In this document: in pieces, positions 27,572 to 37,810 of the stretch | Position numbering within the stretch: position 1 is the first letter of the stretch | Layout: the number at the start of each line of letters is the position of its first letter | Origin: an uncultured Gammaproteobacteria bacterium | GTDB taxonomy: Bacteria > Patescibacteriota > Microgenomatia > Levybacterales > JACOYD01 | Length of the DNA stretch: 55,413 bases | Direction of reading: 5' to 3' | Assembly: GCA_964445095.1 (NCBI GenBank) | Contig: CAYUJR010000001.1 | Coordinates: forward strand, 48,283 to 103,695 | Translations under genes and position numbers: made by a program | The notes under the pieces: model-generated | Databases searched by the model: none | What the model was told of the DNA's origin: nothing | Seen by the model: the letters and a program-made list of their open reading frames with translations, nothing else

Positions 27572-28820
27572 TGTTTATTGCTTTATTTTTATAAATATAG
27601 TAGTAATAGATATACGATTCGGGAACTCCTTGCCGAAACTCTACTACTCTCTTTTCCCTAATGACTCTTTCAACCTCTTTTCTATGATAGTCTAGCCCCT
27701 GAATGCTTTTGGAAAAAAATTGTTGCGCATTGAATATAGCATAGTAGAGCAAAAAACCAGCTATGCCAACTTTAGGGAAAAAATGTTTTCGGCCGACTAT
27801 CCAAACAATAAGACAGGCAATAATTATTACGGCTATTGGCCGCGAAAGAGCAAAATAGTAATTGGTAATTTCTCCGCTATAAGTCGTGAAACCTACCCAT
27901 GGTACCAGTAGCCATAAAACAATCAGATAGCATACAAGTAATCTCTCCCTTCCATAACCTCTAGCTAGATACGTAATTAAAAATAAAGGCAGGAAAATAT
28001 ATCTAAGAGATGACAATACTGGAATCGGCAGGACTGTACTAAATTCTATAAATGCATCACTGGCTATTTGTAGCATCCTGGTAAGATGAAATCCATGAAA
28101 GTAAGCGCTGATGTATAAAGCTATACTTTTTGTAGACGATGCTTGACTTCCAACTTCGGCAATAATATTTGGGACTAACCAGATAGCAAAGATTAGTAAG
28201 GAAATTAATCCGTACTTGATCGTTTCTCTTGTTTTTGGTAAAAAGGGCAACGATAAAAGAGCTATTATGGGGAAAAAAATCGAAGTAAAATTAAGACTAA
28301 AAGAAAAGCCTAAGGCCATCCCTAACAAAAGTAAGTATTTTACTTTCCCCAATAAACTATTGTAAAGAGCATAAAAAATTACCAATGAGGTTGCGGGGAT
28401 AAGATTTATTGGCCATTGATATCGATCGGCAAATATCACTTCAAATGAAAAAGTGTAGAGAAAGATTGCAATAATAGCAATGGGTAATGAAAATAGCTTT
28501 TTTGTAATGTAAAAAATGGTAAAAAAGGTCATTATGCTTGATATACCGGCGATAACTGTGGCGGCGATGGGATCAAGATTAAAAAAAGCGTAAAAAGGGG
28601 TAATAAGATAATAGTAGGCCGGACCGATAAAGAAACCGGAGTTTTGCTTGGCCTGCATACCAACAAGAGGTAGTTTATGATCAACCAAGATATCTTTGAC
28701 TGCCCAAGCATTATCAACCTGATCCCAGCGAAATTCGGTCCGAGCCTCCAGCTGGTAAAAGCGGAAAAATACTAAAGCAAAAAAAATAAGTAGTACGATA
28801 ATCCAAGCTTTACGTTTCAT
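27564..28820 (-). CDS. Polytopic membrane protein, ArnT/PMT_2-like GT-C candidate
   Basis: 418 aa. FYQLEARTEFRWDQVDNAWAVKDIL has DQ in the DE position. At least 10 hydrophobic helices and no large soluble domain. Confidence 0.5.
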   Translation of the reverse strand: MKRKAWIIVLLIFFALVFFRFYQLEARTEFRWDQVDNAWAVKDILVDHKLPLVGMQAKQNSGFFIGPAYYYLITPFYAFFNLDPIAATVIAGISSIMTFFTIFYITKKLFSLPIAIIAIFLYTFSFEVIFADRYQWPINLIPATSLVIFYALYNSLLGKVKYLLLLGMALGFSFSLNFTSIFFPIIALLSLPFLPKTRETIKYGLISLLIFAIWLVPNIIAEVGSQASSTKSIALYISAYFHGFHLTRMLQIASDAFIEFSTVLPIPVLSSLRYIFLPLFLITYLARGYGRERLLVCYLIVLWLLVPWVGFTTYSGEITNYYFALSRPIAVIIIACLIVWIVGRKHFFPKVGIAGFLLYYAIFNAQQFFSKSIQGLDYHRKEVERVIREKRVVEFRQGVPESYIYYYYIYKNKAINNE

Positions 28821-30445
28821 CCTTCAACAATTTTTATAGCAGGTTTACCATTTAAAAAGTTTATAATTTTAATAACTTTAGCACTATCCGGAAAGTCTCC
28901 TGGTCTGCCGATATAAAGAATTTTAGAGTTTTTTTCTTCTTTTTCCCAACTTATTGGTCGAAATGTATACTTAGCAAATCCGCGATGAGGTTCGGCAAAA
29001 CCGCCTGATGCCGTTCCCCCTTCTACTTGATATTTCCGGGGGTCATATTGCGTGTAGAAAAGAAAAAACATATATGATTGATCCAAATGCGGCTTGTTGG
29101 TCACAATAATTTTATCATATTTGCTATAAATGTCCTGATTATTCACAAAATCAACAGCTTGTTTATAGCCGTACTGCCAATCTTGCGAATTAAAATAGTT
29201 TTGCTGAATAAAATATTGATTTAAGTAATATAAGAAATTAAAAATAGAAAATGAGAAAATGAGAATATATATCGGATATCTAATTTGTATATTTGATATT
29301 TTTTGCATAGCAAAAATGATACCTATTGCAGTAAAAACTTGAAATGTCGGCAGAAAGTTCAAAGTCCGTACCGCGTGAGGGACTCCAGTTGTAATCATAG
29401 CCGGAATCGGGGTAATTAAAAACCAACCCAATAACACCAATTTAGTCTTTTTATCAAACTTACCAAAGACTAACTGGTAAACTCCCAGTAGTAAAAATGG
29501 CAACTCCCACAGATATAATAGGCCCATGTTAGGTGCATGATGTCTTGCCTCGTCTCCGGTAATAAATAACCAGTTTAAGTCAAAATGAGAAATATAGCCG
29601 CTCACAATTGCCACAAAGTAGGTAATTCTTCTGTTATCTAAAACCAAGCCCATTACATCTTTAGCGGCATTATCAGCTTTTAATCTTTCGACCGTCCGAG
29701 CAAGAAATGGTGTTTGATCAGAAAAAACACTCACTCCGCGAGCGCGAAGAAAAACTTGTTTTTCTGTCAATAAATATAACAATAATGGCAAAATTAATAC
29801 GAAACTCACAATAATCGCTGTTGCTAAATATTTTTTAGGAATCCTTAGTAAGTCTTTTCTCAAAATAATTGCTAGCAATAATGTCACTATTGGTACAAAG
29901 ACCTTTTCCCCTTGATACATATGGATATTCAGTCCGGCAAACACGGCAGCAAAAAGTAGATACCAAGGCTGGCGTAATCCTTTTAGGAAAAACACGATAA
30001 TAAAAACATTAAATGCCATACCAACATTTGCCTCAAAAGCAATTCTAGAAAATTGAATATGCCAGGGAGAGATAGCCAAGAGAAGGGAAGCAACAAGTGC
30101 AATGCTAGACTTCTTAAATAGCTCTTTAACTAAGAAGTAGGTGGCGATAACTGTTAGTATTCCAAAAATAGCAGATGGTAGACGCACTGCAAAAACTTCA
30201 AGGCCAAAAAGTTTGATAAAAGGTATCATGAGATACGTATAAAGTCCTGGTTTATAGTCATCAAACGAACGAAGGATTAAGGGGAAAGATTGTCTGTATT
30301 CATCTTTCCCTGTCTGCATTATTGAATAAGCATTATATCCTAATGATGCCTCATCCCAGTCGGGCGAAGGAGGGATATTACCCAGCTGCCAAAGTCTTAA
30401 TACCGAAGCTAATACAATAATGAAAAAAAGAATTTTATACTTCAT
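28817..30445 (-). CDS. GT39/PMT_2-like GT-C glycosyltransferase, paralog B of 5
   Basis: LRLWQLGNIPPSPDWDEASLGYNAYSIMQTGKDEY..VRLPSA. C-terminal GGFAEPHRGFAKYTF. Confidence 0.75.
   Translation of the reverse strand: MKYKILFFIIVLASVLRLWQLGNIPPSPDWDEASLGYNAYSIMQTGKDEYRQSFPLILRSFDDYKPGLYTYLMIPFIKLFGLEVFAVRLPSAIFGILTVIATYFLVKELFKKSSIALVASLLLAISPWHIQFSRIAFEANVGMAFNVFIIVFFLKGLRQPWYLLFAAVFAGLNIHMYQGEKVFVPIVTLLLAIILRKDLLRIPKKYLATAIIVSFVLILPLLLYLLTEKQVFLRARGVSVFSDQTPFLARTVERLKADNAAKDVMGLVLDNRRITYFVAIVSGYISHFDLNWLFITGDEARHHAPNMGLLYLWELPFLLLGVYQLVFGKFDKKTKLVLLGWFLITPIPAMITTGVPHAVRTLNFLPTFQVFTAIGIIFAMQKISNIQIRYPIYILIFSFSIFNFLYYLNQYFIQQNYFNSQDWQYGYKQAVDFVNNQDIYSKYDKIIVTNKPHLDQSYMFFLFYTQYDPRKYQVEGGTASGGFAEPHRGFAKYTFRPISWEKEEKNSKILYIGRPGDFPDSAKVIKIINFLNGKPAIKIVEG
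29283..29304. repeat. Imperfect ATTTGAT-family heptamer array in GT39-like paralog B
   Basis: atttgta t atttgat atttttt. Encodes KISNIQI. The flanking DNA (atatatcggatatct) is homologous to the paralog D tract. Confidence 0.65.
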
Positions 30446-32067
30446 ATGGAGTAAGCCGACAGGACGGGCTCACCATTTAATAAATAGAATGTTTTCAAAA
30501 CTGTAGCACCGCCTGGAACATTTTCTGGCGTATCAATAAAAAGTGTTTTTTTGCTATTGAGATGCTCCTTGGGGTTCTTGGTAAAAAGATATTTTTTATA
30601 TCCCTCAACATGGACAAATCCATAAGCCTCTCTATAGATTTTAGCCGTCTCTCGAAAAACTTTGGGATCTTCTTTTTTGTAAAAAAGGACGTAAATATAA
30701 GGGCGGCCCAAGCTTTCTGTAGCAACTATTTTGTCGTATTGAGATTCGACTCTTTGCGTATAGGAAATTATCTCACTATACCCATATTGCCACTCTCCGG
30801 AAAACTCTCTGGGATAATGAGTATAGTAACCATGATAATAATAAAGAAAATTAGCAGCTAGCAACAAGCAACTAGCAATTAAAAATAACTTCCTAATTCC
30901 TGATTCATAATTTCTAATTCCTGAAATGAATTGATAAAACCCGTATGCAATAAGTATCTGAAATGTAGGAAGAGTTGTTTCGATTCTCAAGGCATGAGGA
31001 GTTTCCCGGGCTGTCCCTGCTGGAATAATTCCCACCAATAACCATAAAGGAACTATCCACCAATTGCCTTCACGCCTTCTTAAAAGTAAGAATATTCCGA
31101 ACACTAAGAACGGCAAATCCCATAAATAAAGTTGGCCAACATCTTGCGTGGAAAATTTGGGATTACCGTCGCCCTTAATAAACAGAAAGTTTGGGTTAAG
31201 ATTGTCAAAATAATGTTTTAGATATTCTACTCCATAGGCTAAGCGGCGATTGTGAACTATTTTTGACCACCAAGCATTACTATCGTTCGCTATTAGCTGA
31301 TTAGTTCTCTCTATAACTCCCACATCGGAAAAAATATTTACCTCTTGAAATCTTAATTTTGCTTGAGGACTAGTTAGAAATTGTGCCAAGGGCGTAATTA
31401 GAATAACCCCTATTATTATCGCTATCAAGACATGCGTTCTTATCTTTAACAGTTGTTCCCGAAAACCTACCCCTAATAATATAAGCAAAAGAGGGGCTAC
31501 AATTCTGGCTGTATTAAATGCATACATCGAGAGAATAAAAGAACCGGCTGATAATAATAGATACCATTTCTTATCCTGTACTGCGGCTAAAAATAACCAA
31601 ACTCCGGAAATAATAAAAAATGTTGCAATATTTGCTTCAAAAGCCGCTCTGGATAAATTAATATGCCAAGGAGAAATAGCCAAGAAAAAACCACTCATTA
31701 AAGCCAAGGCTTCTACACGGAATAAACGTCTCACTAAGAAATATGTAACAAGCACAGTTAATACTCCAAAAAATGCAGAAGGGAATCTTACGGCAAACTC
31801 ATTCAACCCCAAAATCTTCACTGGTAAGATATCAAGATATGCATACACCGGCGGTTTAAAATCACCAAACGATTCCAGATATTGAATTGGTAAAAATTTA
31901 CCAAATTCATCCCGTCCATCGATACCGAGAGAATACGCGTTATATCCCCACGCCGCCTCATCCCAAGTCAAGGATGGCGGATTAGCTCCCAATTGATAAA
32001 AGCGTAGAAAAACGGCCAGTAAAATAACTATCCCTAATATAATTTTGTTATTTATTATCTTTTTCAT
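30442..32067 (-). CDS. GT39/PMT_2-like GT-C glycosyltransferase, paralog C of 5
   Basis: LRFYQLGANPPSLTWDEAAWGYNAYSLGIDGRDEF..VRFPSA. Start set to MKKIINNK (ATG 32067), which gives an ATGA overlap with the upstream stop. The track ORF extends to 32094. Confidence 0.75.
   Translation of the reverse strand: MKKIINNKIILGIVILLAVFLRFYQLGANPPSLTWDEAAWGYNAYSLGIDGRDEFGKFLPIQYLESFGDFKPPVYAYLDILPVKILGLNEFAVRFPSAFFGVLTVLVTYFLVRRLFRVEALALMSGFFLAISPWHINLSRAAFEANIATFFIISGVWLFLAAVQDKKWYLLLSAGSFILSMYAFNTARIVAPLLLILLGVGFREQLLKIRTHVLIAIIIGVILITPLAQFLTSPQAKLRFQEVNIFSDVGVIERTNQLIANDSNAWWSKIVHNRRLAYGVEYLKHYFDNLNPNFLFIKGDGNPKFSTQDVGQLYLWDLPFLVFGIFLLLRRREGNWWIVPLWLLVGIIPAGTARETPHALRIETTLPTFQILIAYGFYQFISGIRNYESGIRKLFLIASCLLLAANFLYYYHGYYTHYPREFSGEWQYGYSEIISYTQRVESQYDKIVATESLGRPYIYVLFYKKEDPKVFRETAKIYREAYGFVHVEGYKKYLFTKNPKEHLNSKKTLFIDTPENVPGGATVLKTFYLLNGEPVLSAYSI
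30853..30927. repeat. Two adjacent imperfect heptamer arrays (AGCAAYT-type then CTAATTC-type) in GT39-like paralog C
   Basis: agcagct agcaaca agcaact agcaatt (30853-30880). ctaattc ctgattc ataattt ctaattc ctgaaat (30893-30927), including an 11-nt exact direct repeat ctaattcctga at a 21-nt spacing. Confidence 0.7.
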
Positions 32068-34505
32068 ATATTTATTATCTTTCTTTTTGTACAAAAAAAT
32101 GCAGCACCCATAGATGCACCTAATATCATTATCGCAACAATAAACCCGTATACTACGCTAGTATTATTATAATACATCCGAACCGTGTGTTTACCAGCCG
32201 GAACTGCCATCGCTCTAAAGCTGTAGTTAGCCCTTAAAAGAGTTGACTCTTTACCATCAATTAGTACTTTAAAATTGGGTGAATAGTTATCGGATAAATA
32301 TAAAAGTCCGTCCCCAATTGAATCTGTTTTAAATTCTATGCTATTTGGCGTATAACTTATAAGCTCAACGTTACCTTTTGGGTTGGAATTATAAACTAAT
32401 CCCGGATATTGTTCCAAAACTAGAGTTGTCGGATCGGAATTAGGAGTAAAAAGCGTTTCCAGTATTTTATCTTCTTCTTTTATCACCTGGTATTTATTGG
32501 TCCAAAAAAAACGAGGTAACGCGTTTCTATATCTAAATATTTGCCAAGTATCGTTCTCCCACGCTAGAGAAAAAGTATCAGATTCTAAAGTATTGATATC
32601 TAGTGTTCCTTTTTCTTTTTTTAGCCTTACCACATATTTTATCCCATCTATCTGCATAAATCTTAACAAATAAGGGTTTTTCTCGATAAAAAGTGCTTTT
32701 GATGAAGGTGAAATTTTTGCCTCAACCCGAGACGCTTCTCCCCTTACTCCTCTATCCTGAATATATCTTAGAATCTTGGCGTATCTCCTTGGGTACATGG
32801 ATCCTTCTCCATCCGGAGAAAAGAGTCTAAACATTAGGGGAAAATTGGCTGCGATATAACTTTCTTCTGTACTGATAAATCTATCTAAATCTACTTTTTT
32901 AAAGTAAGAAAAGACCGGGTGTTGTGGATAAACAAAAGAAGGATTAGAAAAGGCCAAGGCCTTATTGGCAAAATAAGCTTGACCAAAAAAGGTTAAGACA
33001 ACTATCAGTAGAAAAAATGTTTTTCCTTCCAATTTCTGTCTAGCTAAAAAAATTAAAGCCGTGAGAAGAAATAGGAAGCTAGGTAATATAATATTCCTAG
33101 CTTGGATTATTAATTGACATTTTTTATTTGCCGTACTAAGTAAAGCACAAATCTCTAAAGAATGACGTAACTCCCCAAGCGTAATGGACTGCCGCCAAGC
33201 AGATAGAAGAACATATAAATCTGTTATTAGTATTGCAGAACCTACAAAAGCCAGCGCTAAAACTATTTTCTTAGTTGCTAATATTTTATAATTATTTAGC
33301 AACCATTCCATCCCAAATGCCGATAAAACTGCTAGTCCAAATGAGTTAAGTAAAAATATTCTATTGGGCAAAAAGGAGGAAACAATCGGTATAGGCAAAC
33401 GAGCTACTAAACGCGAAAGAGGCGTATCCAAGCCCATAAGCAACGCCACGATTGAAGCGATCAGAAAAAATCTAGCTACGCTACTTTTCCTAAACCGCCA
33501 CAGAGAAAATAGAAAAACAATAAAAGGAACCAGTCCTATGTAAAGAGTTGTTCCGTACATGCTTTTACCAAAAAAATTATATGAACCCGGATTCCCCCAC
33601 AAATCAGGGAAAAGGTAGGTTAGTAAATGCGTCAGGGGCATCAGATGAAGATCTGCTAAGACGCTCTGTTCTACTTGTGTACCTCGCAGCGAATCAAAAA
33701 GAGAAACGAGCGCTGGCAATAAGTGGTAGAGTGTTACCAAGGGAAGTAAAAGATAAGGAATAAAAACTAGTAGCCTTTTTCCCAGATAAAGATTTTTCCT
33801 AATTCTAAAAATTATATAAATTAGGGAAAAAATTAGAATATAAAAGGTGAACTGAAACCAACCAGCAAGTAGAGAACTAACCAGAGAAAATAGGAGTAAA
33901 AAAAGATATCGCAATTTATATTTTTGCAGATAACCCTCAATTCCATAAAAGATGAATGGTAGCCATAAAAGCGCATGTCCGGCGCTCAAACCTTCTTCTA
34001 ATCTTGTTATGACAACTCCCGAAAAGGCAAAAGTTATCGCGCCAAAAAATATGGCCCTTTTATCCTTTAGAATTAAGCCTAAATAGAGATACATCCCCAG
34101 AGCAACTAAAATTGGTTCCACTATTATGAGAATTGTCCAAGCAGTCAGTTGAGGCAAAAAAGAAAAAAGCAAAGAGAAAGGATAAAAAACTGCAGTTTCA
34201 GAAAGTCCGATGTGATAATTACCGGAAGCACTATATGGATTCCACAAGGGAAACTGTCCTTGACGCAATATTTCTAGGGTAAAATTACGTTGAGGATAAA
34301 AAATTCTCAAATCGTCAATTCCCACTGGCTTATTGGGAATACCCACTTCCCATCCGGGGAATTTTTCTTGAGCCCAGGGATTAAATGCCGAAACAAGCAG
34401 GTTGGCAGAAAAAGGAACAAGGCCAGTAAAAATTGGCCGAAAAATAAAAATTGTCAAAAAGATAAATACTAGAAAAACCAAAATCCCCTTAAAATTTTTC
34501 TTCAT
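32064..34505 (-). CDS. YfhO-family GT-C membrane glycosyltransferase, paralog A of 4
   Basis: 813 aa. NPWAQEKF..RIFYPQRNF..QGQFPLWNPYSASGNYH N-terminal signature. C-terminal LSDNYSPNFKVLIDGKES..RANYSFRAMAVPAGKHTV module. Confidence 0.8.
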   Translation of the reverse strand: MKKNFKGILVFLVFIFLTIFIFRPIFTGLVPFSANLLVSAFNPWAQEKFPGWEVGIPNKPVGIDDLRIFYPQRNFTLEILRQGQFPLWNPYSASGNYHIGLSETAVFYPFSLLFSFLPQLTAWTILIIVEPILVALGMYLYLGLILKDKRAIFFGAITFAFSGVVITRLEEGLSAGHALLWLPFIFYGIEGYLQKYKLRYLFLLLFSLVSSLLAGWFQFTFYILIFSLIYIIFRIRKNLYLGKRLLVFIPYLLLPLVTLYHLLPALVSLFDSLRGTQVEQSVLADLHLMPLTHLLTYLFPDLWGNPGSYNFFGKSMYGTTLYIGLVPFIVFLFSLWRFRKSSVARFFLIASIVALLMGLDTPLSRLVARLPIPIVSSFLPNRIFLLNSFGLAVLSAFGMEWLLNNYKILATKKIVLALAFVGSAILITDLYVLLSAWRQSITLGELRHSLEICALLSTANKKCQLIIQARNIILPSFLFLLTALIFLARQKLEGKTFFLLIVVLTFFGQAYFANKALAFSNPSFVYPQHPVFSYFKKVDLDRFISTEESYIAANFPLMFRLFSPDGEGSMYPRRYAKILRYIQDRGVRGEASRVEAKISPSSKALFIEKNPYLLRFMQIDGIKYVVRLKKEKGTLDINTLESDTFSLAWENDTWQIFRYRNALPRFFWTNKYQVIKEEDKILETLFTPNSDPTTLVLEQYPGLVYNSNPKGNVELISYTPNSIEFKTDSIGDGLLYLSDNYSPNFKVLIDGKESTLLRANYSFRAMAVPAGKHTVRMYYNNTSVVYGFIVAIMILGASMGAAFFCTKRKIINI

Positions 34506-36192
34506 AAGATTTTTTAGATTCTAGTATCTTGAAGACTGCCGTTCCATCGCTTCTTTTAATTTCTTCCAGTTTTTGGCTATTTTGGGGAACCGCACACGCA
34601 CTATAATTCACATAAAGCACGTTCTCTTTCCTAGTAGTTCCTTTCTCTTTACCTGTTTGATCTTTCAGTTCTCTTAAGGGACACTCTTCTTGGGAAAAAT
34701 CATACTTTCCAAACCCAATCCTATCGAAATCTTGTATCGCACTTCCTCTTGTTTCTTCTTGAAAAAGATGTGGATTGTATTTACCAAAAAAGAGGAAGAA
34801 GATGGCTGGGGCTGACTCGTGATCGGTAATAACTATCTTGTCGTAATTTACCAGATATTCCTTTGTTTTAGCAATAAGCTCTTTGTACCCATCGTGTCTG
34901 TACCATGGTCTGTAGCGCGGACCATGAACATAATATTGGTGTAAGTAATATGAAAAATTAAAAATAAAAAATAAAAAAGCAAAAAGATATATTGGATATT
35001 TTATTTGTATATTTGATATTTGATGTTTAATATTTGATAATGCAATTAATCCAACCCCTTCAATTATTGATAGTGCCGGAAAAACAAGTAAAGTTCGCTG
35101 TAAATTTGGAACATCATCAAATGTCAATGCGCTTCCAAACGGAGCTAATAATAACCATCCAATGAGAAATGCTCCGGCGCTATTTCTCATTCGTAATAAA
35201 CTCCATATGCCAAACGTAAGTAAAGGCAGTTCAAAGATTAATAATAATCCTGTAAGAGGTATTCTATATCTATCCGGAAGACCTTTATCTGTAAAAAGAA
35301 AATCATAGGAGAAGTGCTTAAAGTAATTCTGTAGTACTTGAAAGGAATAGCCCAGTGGCTTATTATGAAATGTTCTTGTAAGAAATCTTTGCACATTTGA
35401 TACCCCATCCTCACGGAGTTGTTCATCGATGATAAGTTGTGACTCTGCAGTTGCAAAAATACTAACAGTTCGTAATCGTAAAGTTAGTTCTTTTGAAAGA
35501 AAAATTATCGAAAGCGGTATGAGTATTACAAGAATAAATAGGATTAGGATAGATGTAAGTTTTTTTCTGTCGAACTTTACTTTGGGTAAGATAAATACCA
35601 TGAAGGGAATAAATATCGGAAGAAAAGCGCGGGATGCTTGGTAAATAAAGAGAGTCGCTCCAAACGATAAAAAGGAAAAAAGAAGCAGATACCATTTCTG
35701 TTTTTCTCGCCAAATAAGAAAAAGTAGAACTCCAAGACTTATAAAGAAAACTACAAGTACATTTTCATTAGCAGTCCTGGAAAGATTAATATGCCAAGGA
35801 CTAATCGTAAGTAGTATCGCAGCTATTAGCGAATAGCCAATAGCTAACGGAGACCTGCGAAATAATTCTTTAGTTAAAAAATAGGTAACTAAAATCGTTA
35901 AACTACCAAAAAATGCCGAGGCGAAACGAACTGAAAAAGCATTTAGATCAAAAATCTTTATAAAAGGTATTGAAAAATACGAATATCCGGCGGGACTGTA
36001 GAGAAATGACTCTAGATGCAAAGGCAAAAAATTGCCGCTCATGTCACGTCCTGTCTTTAAAATGGAATAGGCATTATAGCCAAGGAAGGCTTCATCTCGA
36101 TGAAAGCCAACAGGAACATCGCCCAGCTGATAGAATCGTAAAAATAATCCCAGAATAAAAATTATCCCCAGAATAAAGACTGTTCTCTTCAT
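34489..36192 (-). CDS. GT39/PMT_2-like GT-C glycosyltransferase, paralog D of 5
   Basis: LRFYQLGDVPVGFHRDEAFLGYNAYSILKTGRDMSG..VRFASA. Confidence 0.75.
   Translation of the reverse strand: MKRTVFILGIIFILGLFLRFYQLGDVPVGFHRDEAFLGYNAYSILKTGRDMSGNFLPLHLESFLYSPAGYSYFSIPFIKIFDLNAFSVRFASAFFGSLTILVTYFLTKELFRRSPLAIGYSLIAAILLTISPWHINLSRTANENVLVVFFISLGVLLFLIWREKQKWYLLLFSFLSFGATLFIYQASRAFLPIFIPFMVFILPKVKFDRKKLTSILILFILVILIPLSIIFLSKELTLRLRTVSIFATAESQLIIDEQLREDGVSNVQRFLTRTFHNKPLGYSFQVLQNYFKHFSYDFLFTDKGLPDRYRIPLTGLLLIFELPLLTFGIWSLLRMRNSAGAFLIGWLLLAPFGSALTFDDVPNLQRTLLVFPALSIIEGVGLIALSNIKHQISNIQIKYPIYLFAFLFFIFNFSYYLHQYYVHGPRYRPWYRHDGYKELIAKTKEYLVNYDKIVITDHESAPAIFFLFFGKYNPHLFQEETRGSAIQDFDRIGFGKYDFSQEECPLRELKDQTGKEKGTTRKENVLYVNYSACAVPQNSQKLEEIKRSDGTAVFKILESKKSYEEKF
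35003..35038. repeat. Imperfect ATTTGAT-family heptamer array in GT39-like paralog D
   Basis: atttgta t atttgat atttgat gtttaat atttgat. Encodes NIKHQISNIQIKY. Confidence 0.8.
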
Positions 36193-36193
36193 T

Positions 36194-37810
36194 TTATTCT
36201 CTTAAATATTCATTAACTGTATAAGCGGGTGTTTTATCTCTTCTTTCTATTGTGGTAATAAATTTAAGTTCTTTAGGGTTATCTCGGCAACGAGGATCCT
36301 GCACTATCAGTACTCGGCTCCCAACATTTAACGGCCTTGACTCAAATACTTTTACCGGGCAGGAATAGGGTACAAAAGTATATCTACCAATGTTTATTTC
36401 GTTATTGTATTGAGATTTATCAACTAGCAAAAAACTGGTTGAGCTTTTTTTAAAAAAGAGGTAATACAAGGGTAAATCTTCATATATGGGAAGATAAATA
36501 GCGGTAAATTCATTCTCGCGACTGACAATGTAGGAAAAAAGAGCTTGATTGCCTTCATGTCGGGCAAATGAAACATTGGTTGCTTTGTGAACAAAATACT
36601 GGTGAAGAAAATATATAATAGAAATAATAAAAATAAGACTAATTCCTATAATAAAAAATCTTCTAATTTTTACTGATAAAGCGCTCAACAAAAAGTATAA
36701 ACCGGCAGCTCCAATAATCTGCAGAGCCGGCAACATAAACAACGCGCGCTGAATATTAGGAGTGTCCTCTAGGGTTAGCGAGGCGGCAATCGGCCCAGTT
36801 AAAAGCCAAACTAACGGTAAAAAGGACAAAGCTCTCTTAGTGCGAAAAATATAAACAATCCCCAACAAAAGAAGAGGAAATTCCAAATAATATAAGAGCC
36901 CTACGTCATTTACGACATAACGATCCGGAAGTCCACCTTTTTGAAAAAGAAATCCGGTAGAAAAATAGTTTAAATATTGATCAAGTATGGCTTTTGTAAA
37001 AACGATCGGTTTATTGTGAAAAATTCGCGCTAGAAAAATATTCCCCTGGTCGCCATCTTCTAAATCTTTTATTTTTGTGAATATTTCGTGACTTGTAAAA
37101 ATTGAAGTCTGTCCAAAACGCCCTTTCCCAAAGTTTGTAAAACCGATCACTACAGTAATTATCACAATAGTTAAAGTCAATAATATGAGATATTTCCCCC
37201 GTAACAAGCGCAGGATTGGCAATGAGAATAAAAGAAAAACCGGTATAAATAGTCGCGGAGTGTGATAAAAAAAATAGCTACCCATAAAAAGAGCAAAAGA
37301 CATAATAAGCAAAATAGGCTTCTTCTTAAGAGCGAGTATAAGAAAAATTGCTCCATACGCAGTCAAAAACAGAGCAATAATAGATTCAGATGTAGCTCGG
37401 CTCGCCACGATATGCCAAGGGGATAAGGCTATTAGTAGTGAAGAAAAGATGGCTAATTCCCTTTTTTGAAAAATTAATAAAGAAAGCGTAAAAGTAGGAA
37501 AGACCATCAAGGCGCCTACTAAAGCTGCCGGAAAACGAATAAAGAAAGTCTCCAGTCCAAATAAAGATGTGGCTAGTCCTGAAAGATAGAAGATGCCGGC
37601 CGGTCTAAAATCCCCAAATCTATCAATATAAAGCGGTAAGGTGTTACCGAAAATGTCGCTACCGGTTTTGATAATTTTGTAACCTTGATATCCGGCATTT
37701 AATTCATCTATATGTAGCCCATTAGGAATATTACCTAAATCGTATGTTCTCAAAGACAGCGCCAATATAAAAACTAAGATTAATCCAAATTTAAACATCT
37801 TATTCTTCAT
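36194..37810 (-). CDS. GT39/PMT_2-like GT-C glycosyltransferase, paralog E of 5 (most divergent)
   Basis: LRTYDLGNIPNGLHIDELNAGYQGYKIIKTGSDIFG..IRFPAA. Confidence 0.7.
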   Translation of the reverse strand: MKNKMFKFGLILVFILALSLRTYDLGNIPNGLHIDELNAGYQGYKIIKTGSDIFGNTLPLYIDRFGDFRPAGIFYLSGLATSLFGLETFFIRFPAALVGALMVFPTFTLSLLIFQKRELAIFSSLLIALSPWHIVASRATSESIIALFLTAYGAIFLILALKKKPILLIMSFALFMGSYFFYHTPRLFIPVFLLFSLPILRLLRGKYLILLTLTIVIITVVIGFTNFGKGRFGQTSIFTSHEIFTKIKDLEDGDQGNIFLARIFHNKPIVFTKAILDQYLNYFSTGFLFQKGGLPDRYVVNDVGLLYYLEFPLLLLGIVYIFRTKRALSFLPLVWLLTGPIAASLTLEDTPNIQRALFMLPALQIIGAAGLYFLLSALSVKIRRFFIIGISLIFIISIIYFLHQYFVHKATNVSFARHEGNQALFSYIVSRENEFTAIYLPIYEDLPLYYLFFKKSSTSFLLVDKSQYNNEINIGRYTFVPYSCPVKVFESRPLNVGSRVLIVQDPRCRDNPKELKFITTIERRDKTPAYTVNEYLRE

